Shown here: positions 45,128 to 58,530 of the stretch, piece by piece
Layout: every line of letters starts with the position of its first letter
How positions within the stretch are numbered: position 1 is the stretch's first letter
Source: the human T2T-CHM13v2.0 reference genome, Homo sapiens
DNA: 64,000 nt
Assembly (NCBI RefSeq): GCF_009914755.1
Contig: NC_060930.1
Strand: one strand, 5' to 3'
Made by a program: the position numbers and the translations under genes
The notes under the pieces: generated by a model
What the model was told of the DNA's origin: nothing
The model's input: only the letters and a program-made list of their open reading frames with translations
Database searches by the model: none

Positions 45128-45869
45128 TTAATAAAAAATTGTTCTTAATCACGATAGGCACCAAAATCTGCTGGGGAGCGTTCTCACAATATGTGTATTC
45201 AGGTCCCACTGCAAAATACAGAGCTAAACTTGTAAAGGCAGAGCCAAAGTTATTTGTATTTTGCAGGGGAAAAACTCCCGAAGAGGTCCTCACGCACAGC
45301 CCTAGCAAGGAATGATTTCACAAAAGCCTCTGATTATTAGAAAGTTTTCCTTTTATTGAAGTGAATCCTTTACTACGCTAGGAAAATCCCGCTGTCACCT
45401 GAGACTCTCTCAAACCCCTGAAGACTCCATGCGTCCCTGAAGATTTATGAAGTGTTGTCTCCTCATGAGCCTCTCTCTTTATCCCAGGAACCTTTCTCTG
45501 GCTTGACATGTTTTGGAAAAGCCTCGCTTAGAATGACCGTCAGAACTTCCCGACTTTATAGGAGTGGGGACAGTGTCCACAGGCATGAGAGTGCTCCAAC
45601 TGGACCTTAGAGTCAAACCAAAGAGAGGAGCCTGGTCCCTTTCCATGCCACAGGGATTAGTTCACACAGCCCTGCAGACGTCTAGTCTTGGAGCCCTACA
45701 CACAGAAACTGAGTCCGCTAATAGAAACTTGGTGGAAAAAAAAAAAAGAAAAACAAGGAAGAAGCAGCAAGGCCTGCAAAAATAAAATAAGTTTTTCCTT
45801 TCCTTCCAGTTGCAGCCATGAGATTTTCTCTGTAATTGAGACCCAGGCTCTTTGCCTTGATCATGTCAT

Positions 45870-45902
45870 TGCTCCCCCTGGTGGACTTCTTCTTCATTGC
45901 AG
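45870..45902 (-). promoter_or_regulatory. Predicted CTCF site with upstream module
   Basis: Minus strand reads CTGCAAT-N11-CCACCAGGGGGAGCA: near-consensus core plus a ZF9-11-type upstream motif at appropriate spacing. Confidence 0.65.
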
Positions 45903-46556
45903 GCGTGTGTTGCGCTGACTGCTTCCCGCAGGCCATCCTGCCTCCTGCTTACAAGGGCTACCCCATACTGTGGGAAGAGGGAAGGGTCACCGGAGCCTCC
46001 AGCCATCTTCCCAGGCTCTGAGGTTCAAGGGCCAAGGCTCTTCCTGTGAGCTACTCCTTATTTTGCTTTGATATGTTAAAAACATGTCCTTTCTGTAAAA
46101 TGCTTTGCAAAATTGTAAGACGTCTAGGTGTTCATGAGTGACACAGAATTCACTTATGAACCACGTAGGGTTAGATACCGCCTCTGCTGACAAATATTTG
46201 CCAAGAAGTCAGGAGCAAAGTCTGACTGTGTTGGTAGAACTGCAGGTAAAGGTTTTCTGCTGCACCATCCCAGCCAGTCAGGTTGAAAGCAAAAGATTAG
46301 GAATTACTTACTGATATGCTGTGATCTGATTTTTTTCTTTTAGGTATCTTTCATTACATAGTTATCTTTTTTAGTATTTAAAATTAATTTTCTGTTCTTG
46401 TTAGGATATATACTCAGTTTTCCCACCTAGAACTTTTAAAAAGTATTATCTCTGGCATTTTAAAGCTTTTATTTTTGTATTATTTCATAATGCTTTTCCA
46501 TCTGTTAGAACTTTCTTTCAAATTTTCAGCACATCACAAGAAAAGAAGAAAATTTA

Positions 46557-47256
<700 letters not shown>

Positions 47257-47933
47257 TCATGGGGTTCTTGTGAGGATTAAATGACACCATATGTATAAAG
47301 AGCACCTTGGTGCACTCAGAAAATGGGAGTCTGTTTGATGGTGTTATGTCCTGGATGTTATAATGGTAAGACTGTTTGCCCCATGTGACACCAGGATAAT
47401 GAACATATGGGTCTGTCTCAGAAAGGCTAAATTCATAGCCTGAGTGCTAGATAATTCTGTCTTCAGTTAACTATACATTTCTTGACTCCAAAAAGGATTT
47501 CTAAAGATGATAGCTTCATTTCATAAATATTTGTGGGGTGTATGTTCTGTCCAAGTACCTTGAGTAGGCTTTCTAGGGGATAAAGCCTGCCCCCAACCCT
47601 CACAGAATTTACATTTCAGCTCAGACTCGTGCACAAACTCAACTACAATGTAATGTAGAAAGTGCATGTCCTGAAGAATTTTCAGATGCACTGCTATGGA
47701 AGGTCATGTTCAAAACCAAGCCCATTTCCCCCCTTATCTGCAGCCAAATCTTTTCCTCCCCCAGCATTGCCCATCTCCATGAATGGATACCATCACGTAT
47801 TTGGTTGTCCTAGCCAGGAATCTGGGAAGGAAGCTCTCTTGGCCACTTGCCCTGCCTCCCTTCCATTGGCAGGTAGTCACCTCCTTAACCCTCCCGGAAC
47901 CTCCCCTTCTGTCTTACTTACATTGACTTATTT

Positions 47934-48121
47934 CAGTGGTTCTCACACTTTTGTGCCTTAGCATCCCTTGGAAGGCTTGGCAAAACACAGACTGCTGGCA
48001 CCCCTTCCCCCAGAGTTCCTTCTAATTCAGAAGGCCTGGGGCGGATCCTGAGAATTTGCATTTCTAACAAGTCTCGGGTGATGCTGATGCTGCAGGTCTG
48101 GGGACCACACTGAAAACCACG
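47934..48121. mobile_element. MER5A (hAT-Charlie)
   Basis: cagtggttctc...gaatttgcatttctaacaag...ggaccacact; weaker MER5-like copies near 10710, 15280, 32560 and 43190. Confidence 0.8.
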
Positions 48122-51100
48122 ACCTCAGTTCATGCCATTGTCATTTGCTGTTGGGATTATTGCCCAGTCTTCCTGGCTGTGCTTCTGTATCTAATCCTTA
48201 CCCTTCTTCACATTCTCCACCCTGTCCTCAGATCTGGAAAAAAGAATTTTTTCTGGCTGTTGATCACCCACAGAATAAATGTCAGAATTCCTGCTGTGAT
48301 CTGCAGTGCCCTCCATTACCTGACTCTTACCTGATTCTCTAGTCTCACCTGCTACTTTGCTGATCCCATCTCGGATCACTGAACACCTCTGGCACACTGA
48401 ACTCCTGCAGTTCCTTGGTGCCGTATCATTTTATGTTCTGCCTTTTGTATCTGCTCTTCATTATTTGCAATGCCATGAATCCCTTTCTTTCCTGGCTAAC
48501 TCCTCTAGGCCCTTCCAGACTACTGAGGGAAACCTCCCTGGGGAAGCATTACCTCTCCATCTGAATGTAGAGAGAGGTGCTTCACTTATCTACCATCTAC
48601 CTCATGGTGGTTATCACATGATTGTACCTGCCTCTTAGTCCACCTCACCCACAAGACTCTGACAGCTTCCTAACAGCAAGAACCAAATCCATCATCTCTA
48701 TAGCCATAACCCTGAGCAACATTGCCTGATACAGAGGGGAGATCAAAGGATGTTGAATGAAAAGGGCTATCCAGAAAGGCTACTTGGAGGGGTAGATATT
48801 TTAGCCAGAGGTGAAGAGTGGTTAGTATTTAGACACACAAGGAGTAGCAGAAGAACATTCTGAAAGAGGGAACTTAAACTGGAGCTTGGACTTGGTCAGG
48901 CTTTAGTGTGAGGAAGGAACAAGGAGGGCTCTCATTTGGCTGGCCACAGCATGTGTGGTCCTGAGAGCCAGTTGAGGGAAATAGCACAGGTGGAATTCAC
49001 ATGGCTCAACACACCATTGAATTATGGGAGTCCGGGAAAGAGCTGGATCAAAGGTGGGAATATGCCGAGCACCAGTAACCTGAACCAGACTGTCCAGAGA
49101 TGGATGAGGCTGGATAAAGAGTAAAGATGGGTGAGGATTAAGTGTGTTTGTGGCCATGGTGGAGTTTGAGGGCACCATTAGGACATATTCCACTGTCTTC
49201 TTCATGTGTCTTCCCACCCATCTTATTCGTGTTTTTATCTCCAGTGCCTAATAAGTACTCAATGAATGATGAGTGAATTTATGCCATGGAATCAGACTAA
49301 AGGCCAGGAGTGGTCCCGCATGAGCCAGGGAGAGGAGAGGTGGCTCGTTGGTGATTTTAGGTGGTGCCATTGTCACCCCCTGATGCCTCTCCTGCAAATA
49401 AGATTTAGGTGAAGGAACAGGCAGGCTGCTGGCCATGGGGGGAGGACCAGGCAAGAGACCTCAAGCAATGGCAGCAACGAGTTCAGAATATGACTGCTTG
49501 TCGCCAAAAACAAGGAAAGTCTTAGAATTTGTGAAGATCAAACCGGCTGAGAGCTGAAATGTACCCTCTGCCTTCACTGTGCTAATACAATAAACACGAG
49601 CATTAGTACCTTGATTCTATGTTTAAAGATAACGTCTAGAAAGAGTTATACATTGTCACTGCTAATCCATTTTTTTCCTCCTGAAATAGACAGCTTTATG
49701 ACTATTATGACACTGTTCTCAAAATCTAACTACTACTATTCTTCCATTAAATTTAACACATTGACATGTGTTTAGAGAATATAATTTAATGTGGAATATG
49801 TGAAAGAAACGTTTTTCCTTCTGACCTGTTCTTCCAGTTTTCTTGTACAGTACTAGGGGGCTTTCTTGTATGACTCTTCTGTGTGCAGAGAAATATCTGA
49901 ATAAAATAACCTAGAGATAAAAGTGTTAATGGTCTTTACATTAAACATACACACAGTCAAGAGTTATTTTTCCAAGCAGGCACCCTCAGAGATAAATTAC
50001 CTATGGTTATGTCTCCAAACCAGTAATTCCATTAGTAAATGCATCAAAAATCAAAATGAACAACGTGACCACGCAGGAAGTTTTACTACCAAAAACAAGC
50101 ACTTGCAGGTGGTGTGTCGAGGATAAACAGTAGATAAAGAGGCAGGATTCAATTTCCTTTTATACTGAGGTTTGAGGACAGACAGACCATTATTCACTCA
50201 TACCTGCCACTGACTAACAGAAGCACAGGGTTTATGAACTGCGAGTCATTTACCTTTAAAATTCAATTTCATTCCTTCAATCGTTGTGAGCTTGAATATC
50301 TAATTACAAGGTTTATACACTGAGATCCTAGTGTAATAATCTATAAAGCGTGTACTAGTTGGAGTTAATTCATTGAACAAATATTTATCGAGCACTTATA
50401 TATGTGTCAGCCCCTGTGTTAGACATGAAGGAACAAGGCAGACTTGGGCTTTCTGTCATGTTTGAGACAAACCTGGAGTTCCAGACTCTTATTTTATTGT
50501 TCTTGTTGCTACTGCGGTTCACATGTGAATGACTGGTTTTGTTTCCAGTTTTTCAACTTGAACTATTTCATAAAACATGAAATGTTGCACTTCTGACATT
50601 CATCCAAAGTAGCAAGCTGCAATGTGCTTTTAAAAAATTCCACAGTGTGTTCGTTTTGATGGGGCCAACCAGAAAAACTAGGGAAAGAGAAGTTCAGAAA
50701 GTTAGGGAGTCATAAGAATGCTTGGAATTTCTAACAGATTTTACTAAACATTTTCTGTATCATGACATGTTCCAGAAGGCCATAAAAGTTAGTTTATACG
50801 AATATAAACTACTTTTTGCCTTGCTGATAACTGCAAATAAATAATTCAGATGACCACCCACCAAAACACCAAGACATTTGGGGGTTTATGTGTTTCCTAC
50901 AGAATATTTTCCTTTTAAATTTCATGGTCAAGGAGCACAAGAATGAAGTAGTACCTCATTTTATTCCATTTTTAAATTCTGCAGCACCTGTTTCAATATT
51001 TTTGTATATCCCAATAATATCATTTACAGAATAAGATAATGACTAACCTCCTTCCTTGATTTGACTTTAAAGGAAGGGATAGAAGGCATTCTTTTATTTA

Positions 51101-51313
51101 CATTTTAGTACAGCAACACACTGATTTCTCCAGTCAAAATTACTTAATCTGTCACGTTGCTTTCATGGTAACAATCAACTAAATGAGACACAGGACTATC
51201 AATTTGGATAGCACTGTTTTATTCGCTAAGGAGCCTTATGTAAAACTTGATAAATGTTGCACTTATACCGCTGGTCCACTGGGAATAAGTGGGAATAAAA
51301 AGAGTCGGATATT

Positions 51314-51604
51314 GGCCAGGCGCGGAGGCTCACGCTTGTAATCCCAGCACTTTGGGAGGCCGAGGCGGGCGGATCACGAGGTCAGAAGTTCGAGACCACG
51401 GTGAAACCCTGTCTCTACTAAAAAATACAAAAAATTAGCCGGGCGTGGTGGCGGGCGCCTGTAGTCCCAGCTACTCAGAGAGGCTGAGGCAGGAGAATGG
51501 CGTGAACCCGGGAGGCGGAGCTTGCAGTGAACCGAGATCGAGCTACTGCACTCCAGCCTGGGCGACAGAGCGAGACTCCATCTCAAAAAAAAAAAAAAAA
51601 AAAA
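51314..51604 (+). mobile_element. Young AluY with 12-bp left-arm deletion (Yd/Yc3-type)
   Basis: gagacc^acggtgaaaccc; CpG-rich; TSD aaaagagt(c/g)ggata. Confidence 0.88.
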
Positions 51605-51684
51605 GAGTGGGATACATAACCTTTAACTTAATATGGCTTGGTAAATTAGATCCTATATATGCTAATTTTTACTTTTTTTAATAG

Positions 51685-51764
51685 ATGGAACTGATTAAAA
51701 ATATAAGTACTGCCGAACAACCCTATTTATTCACTCGACATGTTCATTTCCTCAACTTCTCAAG
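51685..51764 (+). CDS. UST: UST internal coding exon (probably exon 4), 80 nt, phase 0/2; MELIKNISTAEQPYLFTRHVHFLNFS(R)
   Basis: Acceptor tttttttaatag ends at 51684; donor gtaaga at 51765. In frame with the previous exon. RHVHF corresponds to the HS2ST-family catalytic His region. Too short for the ORF track. Confidence 0.95.
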
Positions 51765-52203
51765 GTAAGACATTTTCCAGTTTAATGGTTCTTTCATTTT
51801 CTTCTAATGAACAGTTACTTTAGAAATCTACCTTTATTTACAAGGCAGTGCAATTGCCCTTGAAAAGACATTTTTAATCCGTTTATTTTTGCTACGGAGG
51901 GATCAAAATTTGAAATATTTGAACAGAAACTTCATTTCTTCCTAGACTACTGTCTTAAATCTTATAAAAACTTGGAATTATTTTTAATGAGAAGCCATTT
52001 GACCTAATAGCTCTTTTTTAAAAAGGAATCAGATTTTGTATTGAAACAAATAAGAAGGCAGGAGATGGGTATTTTAGCATAAATATTTTATTGCACATTT
52101 TTGTACAATTTGAACCTGCACAGAACTCTAGAAATAATTTAGTGCTAGAGTAATGAGTATTTTCTAGGATCCAAAGTACCAGCCTCTGTCTGTCTTTTTA
52201 ATA

Positions 52204-52537
52204 CAATCGTGTGCCACATCACGACATTTTGGTCAATGACAGACCTCATATATACATTAATCCATAAGATTATAATATGGTATTTTTACCATATCTTTTC
52301 TATGTTTAGATACACAAATGATTATTATTGTGTCACAGTTGCCTCCAGTATTCAGTATAGTCACATGCTGTCCAGGTTTGTAGCCCAGAAGCAACAGGCT
52401 GTACTCTACAGCATAGTTACGCAGTAGGCCGTGCCATCGAGGTTTGTGTATGTACTCTATGATGCTTGCACAACCACGAAATCACCTAATGATGCATTTC
52501 TCAGAATGTACCCCTGACATTAAGCAATGCGTGACTG
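52204..52537. mobile_element. Tigger3/MER7-like DNA transposon
   Basis: ta|caatcgtgtgccacatcacgacattttggtcaa ... taagcaatgcgtgactg|ta; TA TSD. Confidence 0.8.
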
Positions 52538-54053
52538 TAAACCATTTGATTTTCTAAGCCTCACGTGTTTGATGCTGGGGAGGTATTTAAAATTCTGGTT
52601 TTTGTTTCCAGCAGCTGTGGTCTTCTGATAACAATGCAAATCTTCAAATTCAGGTTTTTAGATTCCCTATTTGTTAAATTACTAGCTTCAGGTTCTGAGT
52701 GTTCTCTTCCCCAGTCTTTCATTAGCATAGGTTGATTGTCACTGTGCCTCACTCCTTTGCTGATGGCCCTCAGTGTTTTGCTCTCCCTGTGCTGGCTCAA
52801 GTCTGCATACACAGCTGCTATCTAATAGCTGACAGATCACTGGATCCAGAGGCAGATCTGCTGGAGACCAGCCTGGGAACCTCCGGGCCTCCCTTGTCAG
52901 CCATCTGACGGGCACTTCTGTCATCTTAACATGGGGTTGACAGTTCCTTGCAGGTCCACACGAGAGCACCAAAGGACCCAGGGCAGCAGGCAACATCTGC
53001 TAGTTAGTGCTGACCCAGTGGCTCCTGCAGGCCAGGCACCAAGGGAGCTGGGTCTGGAGGAGCTGCTGCTCTGGTCCAGGGTGCCTGACAACCCACCTGG
53101 CTGGAAGAAGATTTCAGCCATCCAAGGACTTCCCTGCTATGCAGCAGGTCCTGTGCAAGTTAAGTGCAAAGAATGAGATTCAGTAAAGCAAGTTATTAAG
53201 CAGAGAAAAGGAGCTGCTGCCTTATCTTTAAAAGCAAGTGTTCCCTGAAGTTTCCTGGGCCTTCCTGATAACCAGAGTTCCTGGGATGGTAACAGGACTC
53301 CTGCAAATTTTCCACAGTAATCCAGGGCCAGGTGCTGGGCAGCTAGGACTGTGTTTTCAACCACATTTATAAAATGGCTTGTTACTGGATTATCCAGGGT
53401 GTGTGCCCTGCCTCTTAATTCCAGAAGGCCACATGCATATTATTAGACATGATTAGATAACAAGGCTTATTAGCTCTTTCAGGCATTGTATTTTATGACT
53501 TGCAAAGAGAAAAGCGCTGCTTCCCTGATCCTTGCTGTTCTAGCGCGTTTCCTTCTGAGTCACCCCTGACATCCTTAAACCTCATTCATGAACACTTCTT
53601 GCTTCATAGGTCAAATCTTTACAACCAAACAGATTGCAATGCAACAAATTTTAAATATTTATGTCTGAACAGTGTAAAACACAAATTAGAAGCCATGGCC
53701 AGTATCTTAATTGGGTTGGCAGATCACAGTATGGTGGCCATATTCTGTGATGGCCTCTACCAACAAACACGTGTACAGGAGTTTAGTCTTCATTTAATTC
53801 TGAAAGGAAAAAAAATGATAAATGCCTTTTAGAAGATACCATGTCTACAGAAAACAGTGCTGGCCTGGCCGTCAGGACCTCTGGTGTCAGAACTGGCCTC
53901 CCAACTGGTCATGATTCTCGGCAAGCTGTTCAACCTCTTGGGGGTCTCTGTTTTCTATTTTTCCATCTGTAAAACAAGGACAGTTCTCAGTCATCCCTAC
54001 CATATAGGGATGCTCTGAACCTGTGAAGGAAAGGCCTTCTGAGAGAAGGATGC

Positions 54054-54399
54054 TGTATTGGTCCGTTTTCATGCTGCTGATATCCAAGACTGGGAAGAAA
54101 AATAGGTTTAATTGGACTTACAGTTCCACGTGGCTGGGGAGGCCTCAGAATCATGGCAGGAGTCGAAAGGCACTTCTTACATGGTGGCGGCAAGAGAAAA
54201 TGAGGAAGATGCAAAAGCGGAAATCCCTGATAAAACCATCATATCTTGTGAGACTTATTCGCTACCACGAGAACAGTATGGGGGAAACCACCCCATGATT
54301 CAAATTATCTCCCATCAGGTCCCTCCCACAATACATGGGAATTACAGATGTACAATTCAAGATAAGATTTGGGTGGGGACACGGAGCCAAAACATATCA
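54054..54399 (-). mobile_element. THE1 (C/D-like) solo LTR
   Basis: tgta...catatca termini; perfect 5-bp TSD gatgc at 54049-54053 and 54400-54404. Confidence 0.92.
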
Positions 54400-55260
54400 G
54401 ATGCTGTATACATTCAGAGTGGCAGTTAAAAAGGCAATTCTGTAGACGTCTCAGGCTGAGCCCACTGCCCAGCTCCTGACTCGGTTTCTATGGAAACACC
54501 TTGAGGACAGGGCTGGGCTCTGCTTCTCCTCCCTCAGTTCTATTTTACTCAATTAAACACATGTCTATGGATTACCTTCTCTCTTCTATACACTACATGA
54601 GAACTGGGACTTCTGCAGTCAACATTAAATGTTTTCCTTGCCTTTGGGAGACTCTAAGTTCTTCTTCCATTAAAGTGTAACAGATGTAAGGAGAGGGTGG
54701 TCACAGGGCTTCCCCTAGCGGAGGTGGGAAGCAGGAACTTCCCTGTGGGATGAGGACTCTGGGAAGGTGTTTCTTCGGGGAGGTGAGGGATGGGTCAGCT
54801 TTAGACAAGTGAAGGGGGAGAGCATTCCCAGCACAGCGACCAGCAGAAGAGCAGGGCCAAGAGGAACTGAAAGGGATGCAGTGCAACCCAGGATGGACAT
54901 GACTGGACTGGAACAGCAGTCAAGAGTTTTAAGCAGAAATAACAAGAGACTGCCTGACCAGCTTTGCTGCTTTCAATAAAAAGCCAGAACTGACTCCCCA
55001 GGAGCAACCTCTTCCTCTCTTCACACCCACATACCAGGGCCTGGGCCCTTAGCTACCAGCCTTCCATAAAAATGAAGAGAATGATCAGTTGAACTTTAAT
55101 ATATGACAAGATTATGATTGTTCCACTCATAGAACATGGGACATTAAAAAATCAGCTTTTCATTGTTTAAGGGAGTAGCTTTATCTAAGGAAAATTTCTC
55201 TGTCAATATGCAATTGACAGAGAAAAACAACTAAGCTGGAACTTCTTAAGAGGCCTTTGA

Positions 55261-55547
<287 letters not shown>

Positions 55548-57561
55548 AAGGACATTAACATACTTTAAAAAATAACTTTTAGATGTATTTTGACTGATAA
55601 GTTATAAAGATAATGAAGCTGATCTTAAGAAACCTACCCTTATAGCTGCTGACAGACCTATTGCTTGTTTCAGGATAATGAGGTTCCCATGAGAAGAACT
55701 GACACTGCAACCTAATATTATTGTTGATATTTCCAATCCTCCACACATCGTTAACATGCCGCACGGTACTTGCTGGCAAGCAGACTGTAAGGATGAAAGT
55801 CAGGCCTCCCTCCCCACACTTTTTTTGCACACAAATGGTCAGAACTTTTGAAGGGTAAGGCATTATACCATAGCTAATTGCCCTTTCTTTTTTTATTCCA
55901 TTAAAGATGGCATTTTTACCTTGAAATTTAGACAGTCTTGAGTCATGTACAATGCGATCCCGTGAGCACTTGGTGTTTCTCTAGCTGACCTACTTCGTTT
56001 TTTTTCACCTTCTAGGCTTCTTGTCCTGTTTCTTCTTTTTCCTTTTTTAGAGTTAGAAGGAACCATATCTAGTTTTATTAATCCAGAGATGGGAAGTAAT
56101 TGGTTCAGACCATCAGGTGTTTTGCCTCAGGGAAGGTTTCCTGCCCGGGGACTTATGCACAGCGAGCTCTCAGCAGAGATCTCAGGCTTCAGTGGGGATT
56201 CCTGACTTGCACACTGGGTTGCTGTTGCACACAGTTGTGGAACTCCCTAGAAATTCAAGCCAGGCAAATGTTTTTCACCTGGACTATCTGGAGAATTGAG
56301 TTAAAACTACCTTGGCCTAAAAGGTGCTTCTCTTTGTTAGGATGTTTAAGTAGGATTTTTAATATTTGCATACTATGGTTTCAGGTATCTTTTTTCAGTT
56401 TTCAGAGTTAACTTTAAGAAGCAGTTTCTGAAAAAGATCAACTTTCCAACATCAACAGCATCCCTCCAAATCTATCTTAGATCCACACACTAGAAAGCCT
56501 TGCAACAGACTACAATTCAAATTTGTCTGTCCCCTGCCCCCAATTTTGTTTGTTTTCTAAGCTTGTATTTTTTGGGGGGCGTATAAATATTTTTGCAATC
56601 TACAATGCCCCTCACCCTTCCAAATGTGCTTTTGCAGGGAAACCCTTAAGAAGCTTTGCCTCAGAACCCGATGCTGTCAAAATAGTCCAAATGCATTATG
56701 AGAGACACCAATATGCTAAATAATTTCAAACCACCACTTCCCTTATCCTTTTTTCACATCATTCTTCCTTTCTCTGCCATGACCCCCTCACCTTCCTTTG
56801 CTTCCATTTCTGTCTTCTCCTGTATCTCAGATGGTGGTTCCGGTGCCAATAGTAACTTGCAAAAACAAACAAACAGTGTGAAAATTAGTCAATCACCAGA
56901 AAAGCAGTGGGGTGTGATGTGCAAGGGGGTGCATTTTGGACACCTTTTCTCTTCCCTACAAGTGAAGTCTCAATTACTGATGTGAACAGTGTTTCTTCTA
57001 TCAACTTTTGTGAACAAACTCTGCCCTCTGATGGCATTATTTAACAAAACAAATCAGACTTCGCTAATTCCACAAGTCAATTTGGTTTTCACATCTTATT
57101 TGTAAATGTTGACTTTTTTATTCTTCTTAGCCAAGTGACCAATTCAATTCTGTGCCCTTCAAATCTCTTATCTTTTGACAGACACTGCAAACTCTGAAGA
57201 AAGCACCAAAGTAAAAATCGGTATTAGCAGTTAACACCGTCTCTGCCTCCTTAAATACAGCGCAGAAGTTCCATTTACAAGTGCGAGTTTTCTCTGGGTT
57301 TTGCCTTTGTGAACCCTGGCTGGACTCGTCTTCCTAAATTGGCACTTTCTTCCTCATGTTTCTGCTTTTCCCTCTATGGGGAGTGGATCTCTGCCGCTGC
57401 ATGGGCCACCAGCTGTGTTGGCCCATCAGGGATGAGTATAATCTGGACTTTCCCTCATTTCCTGATTATTCCTTACTGTTTATTTCATGCCTTGTCAATT
57501 CATCTTCCTCTGTGAGTGGGAGCCCTGACCCAAATACCCACCTCCTTCCCCATTTGTCTCA

Positions 57562-58147
<586 letters not shown>

Positions 58148-58344
58148 TCACTCTGCCCCCAAAAGGTCCTGTTCTTTTCCATGATGGCCTTTCTCTCACT
58201 TCAAACTGTCTTCCTCCCTCACTGATCAAGGGTCAAAGCCCTGGGCCTCTGGCCTATGGTACTTTTCACCCTTTAATGTAGATAGTGGCACAAAGATAAC
58301 CTCTGCTTCCAGGCCAGAGGCTAAAAAGGAGGTAGGCTTTTGGC

Positions 58345-58530
58345 AGAATGGTGGTTACCAGGGGTGGGGAAAGCAGGAAAAGGGATTTTTTTGTTGAATG
58401 GGCAGAGTTTCCATTTGTGAACGTGAAAACGTTTTGGAGACGGGTGATAATGATGACTTCACAACAATGTGAATGTTTTGATACCACTGAATTGTACACT
58501 TGAAAATGATGAAAAGGGCAAATATATACA
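58345..58530 (+). mobile_element. Old L1 3'-end fragment
   Basis: agaatggtggttaccagggg...ccactgaattgtacacttgaaaatg. Confidence 0.75.
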
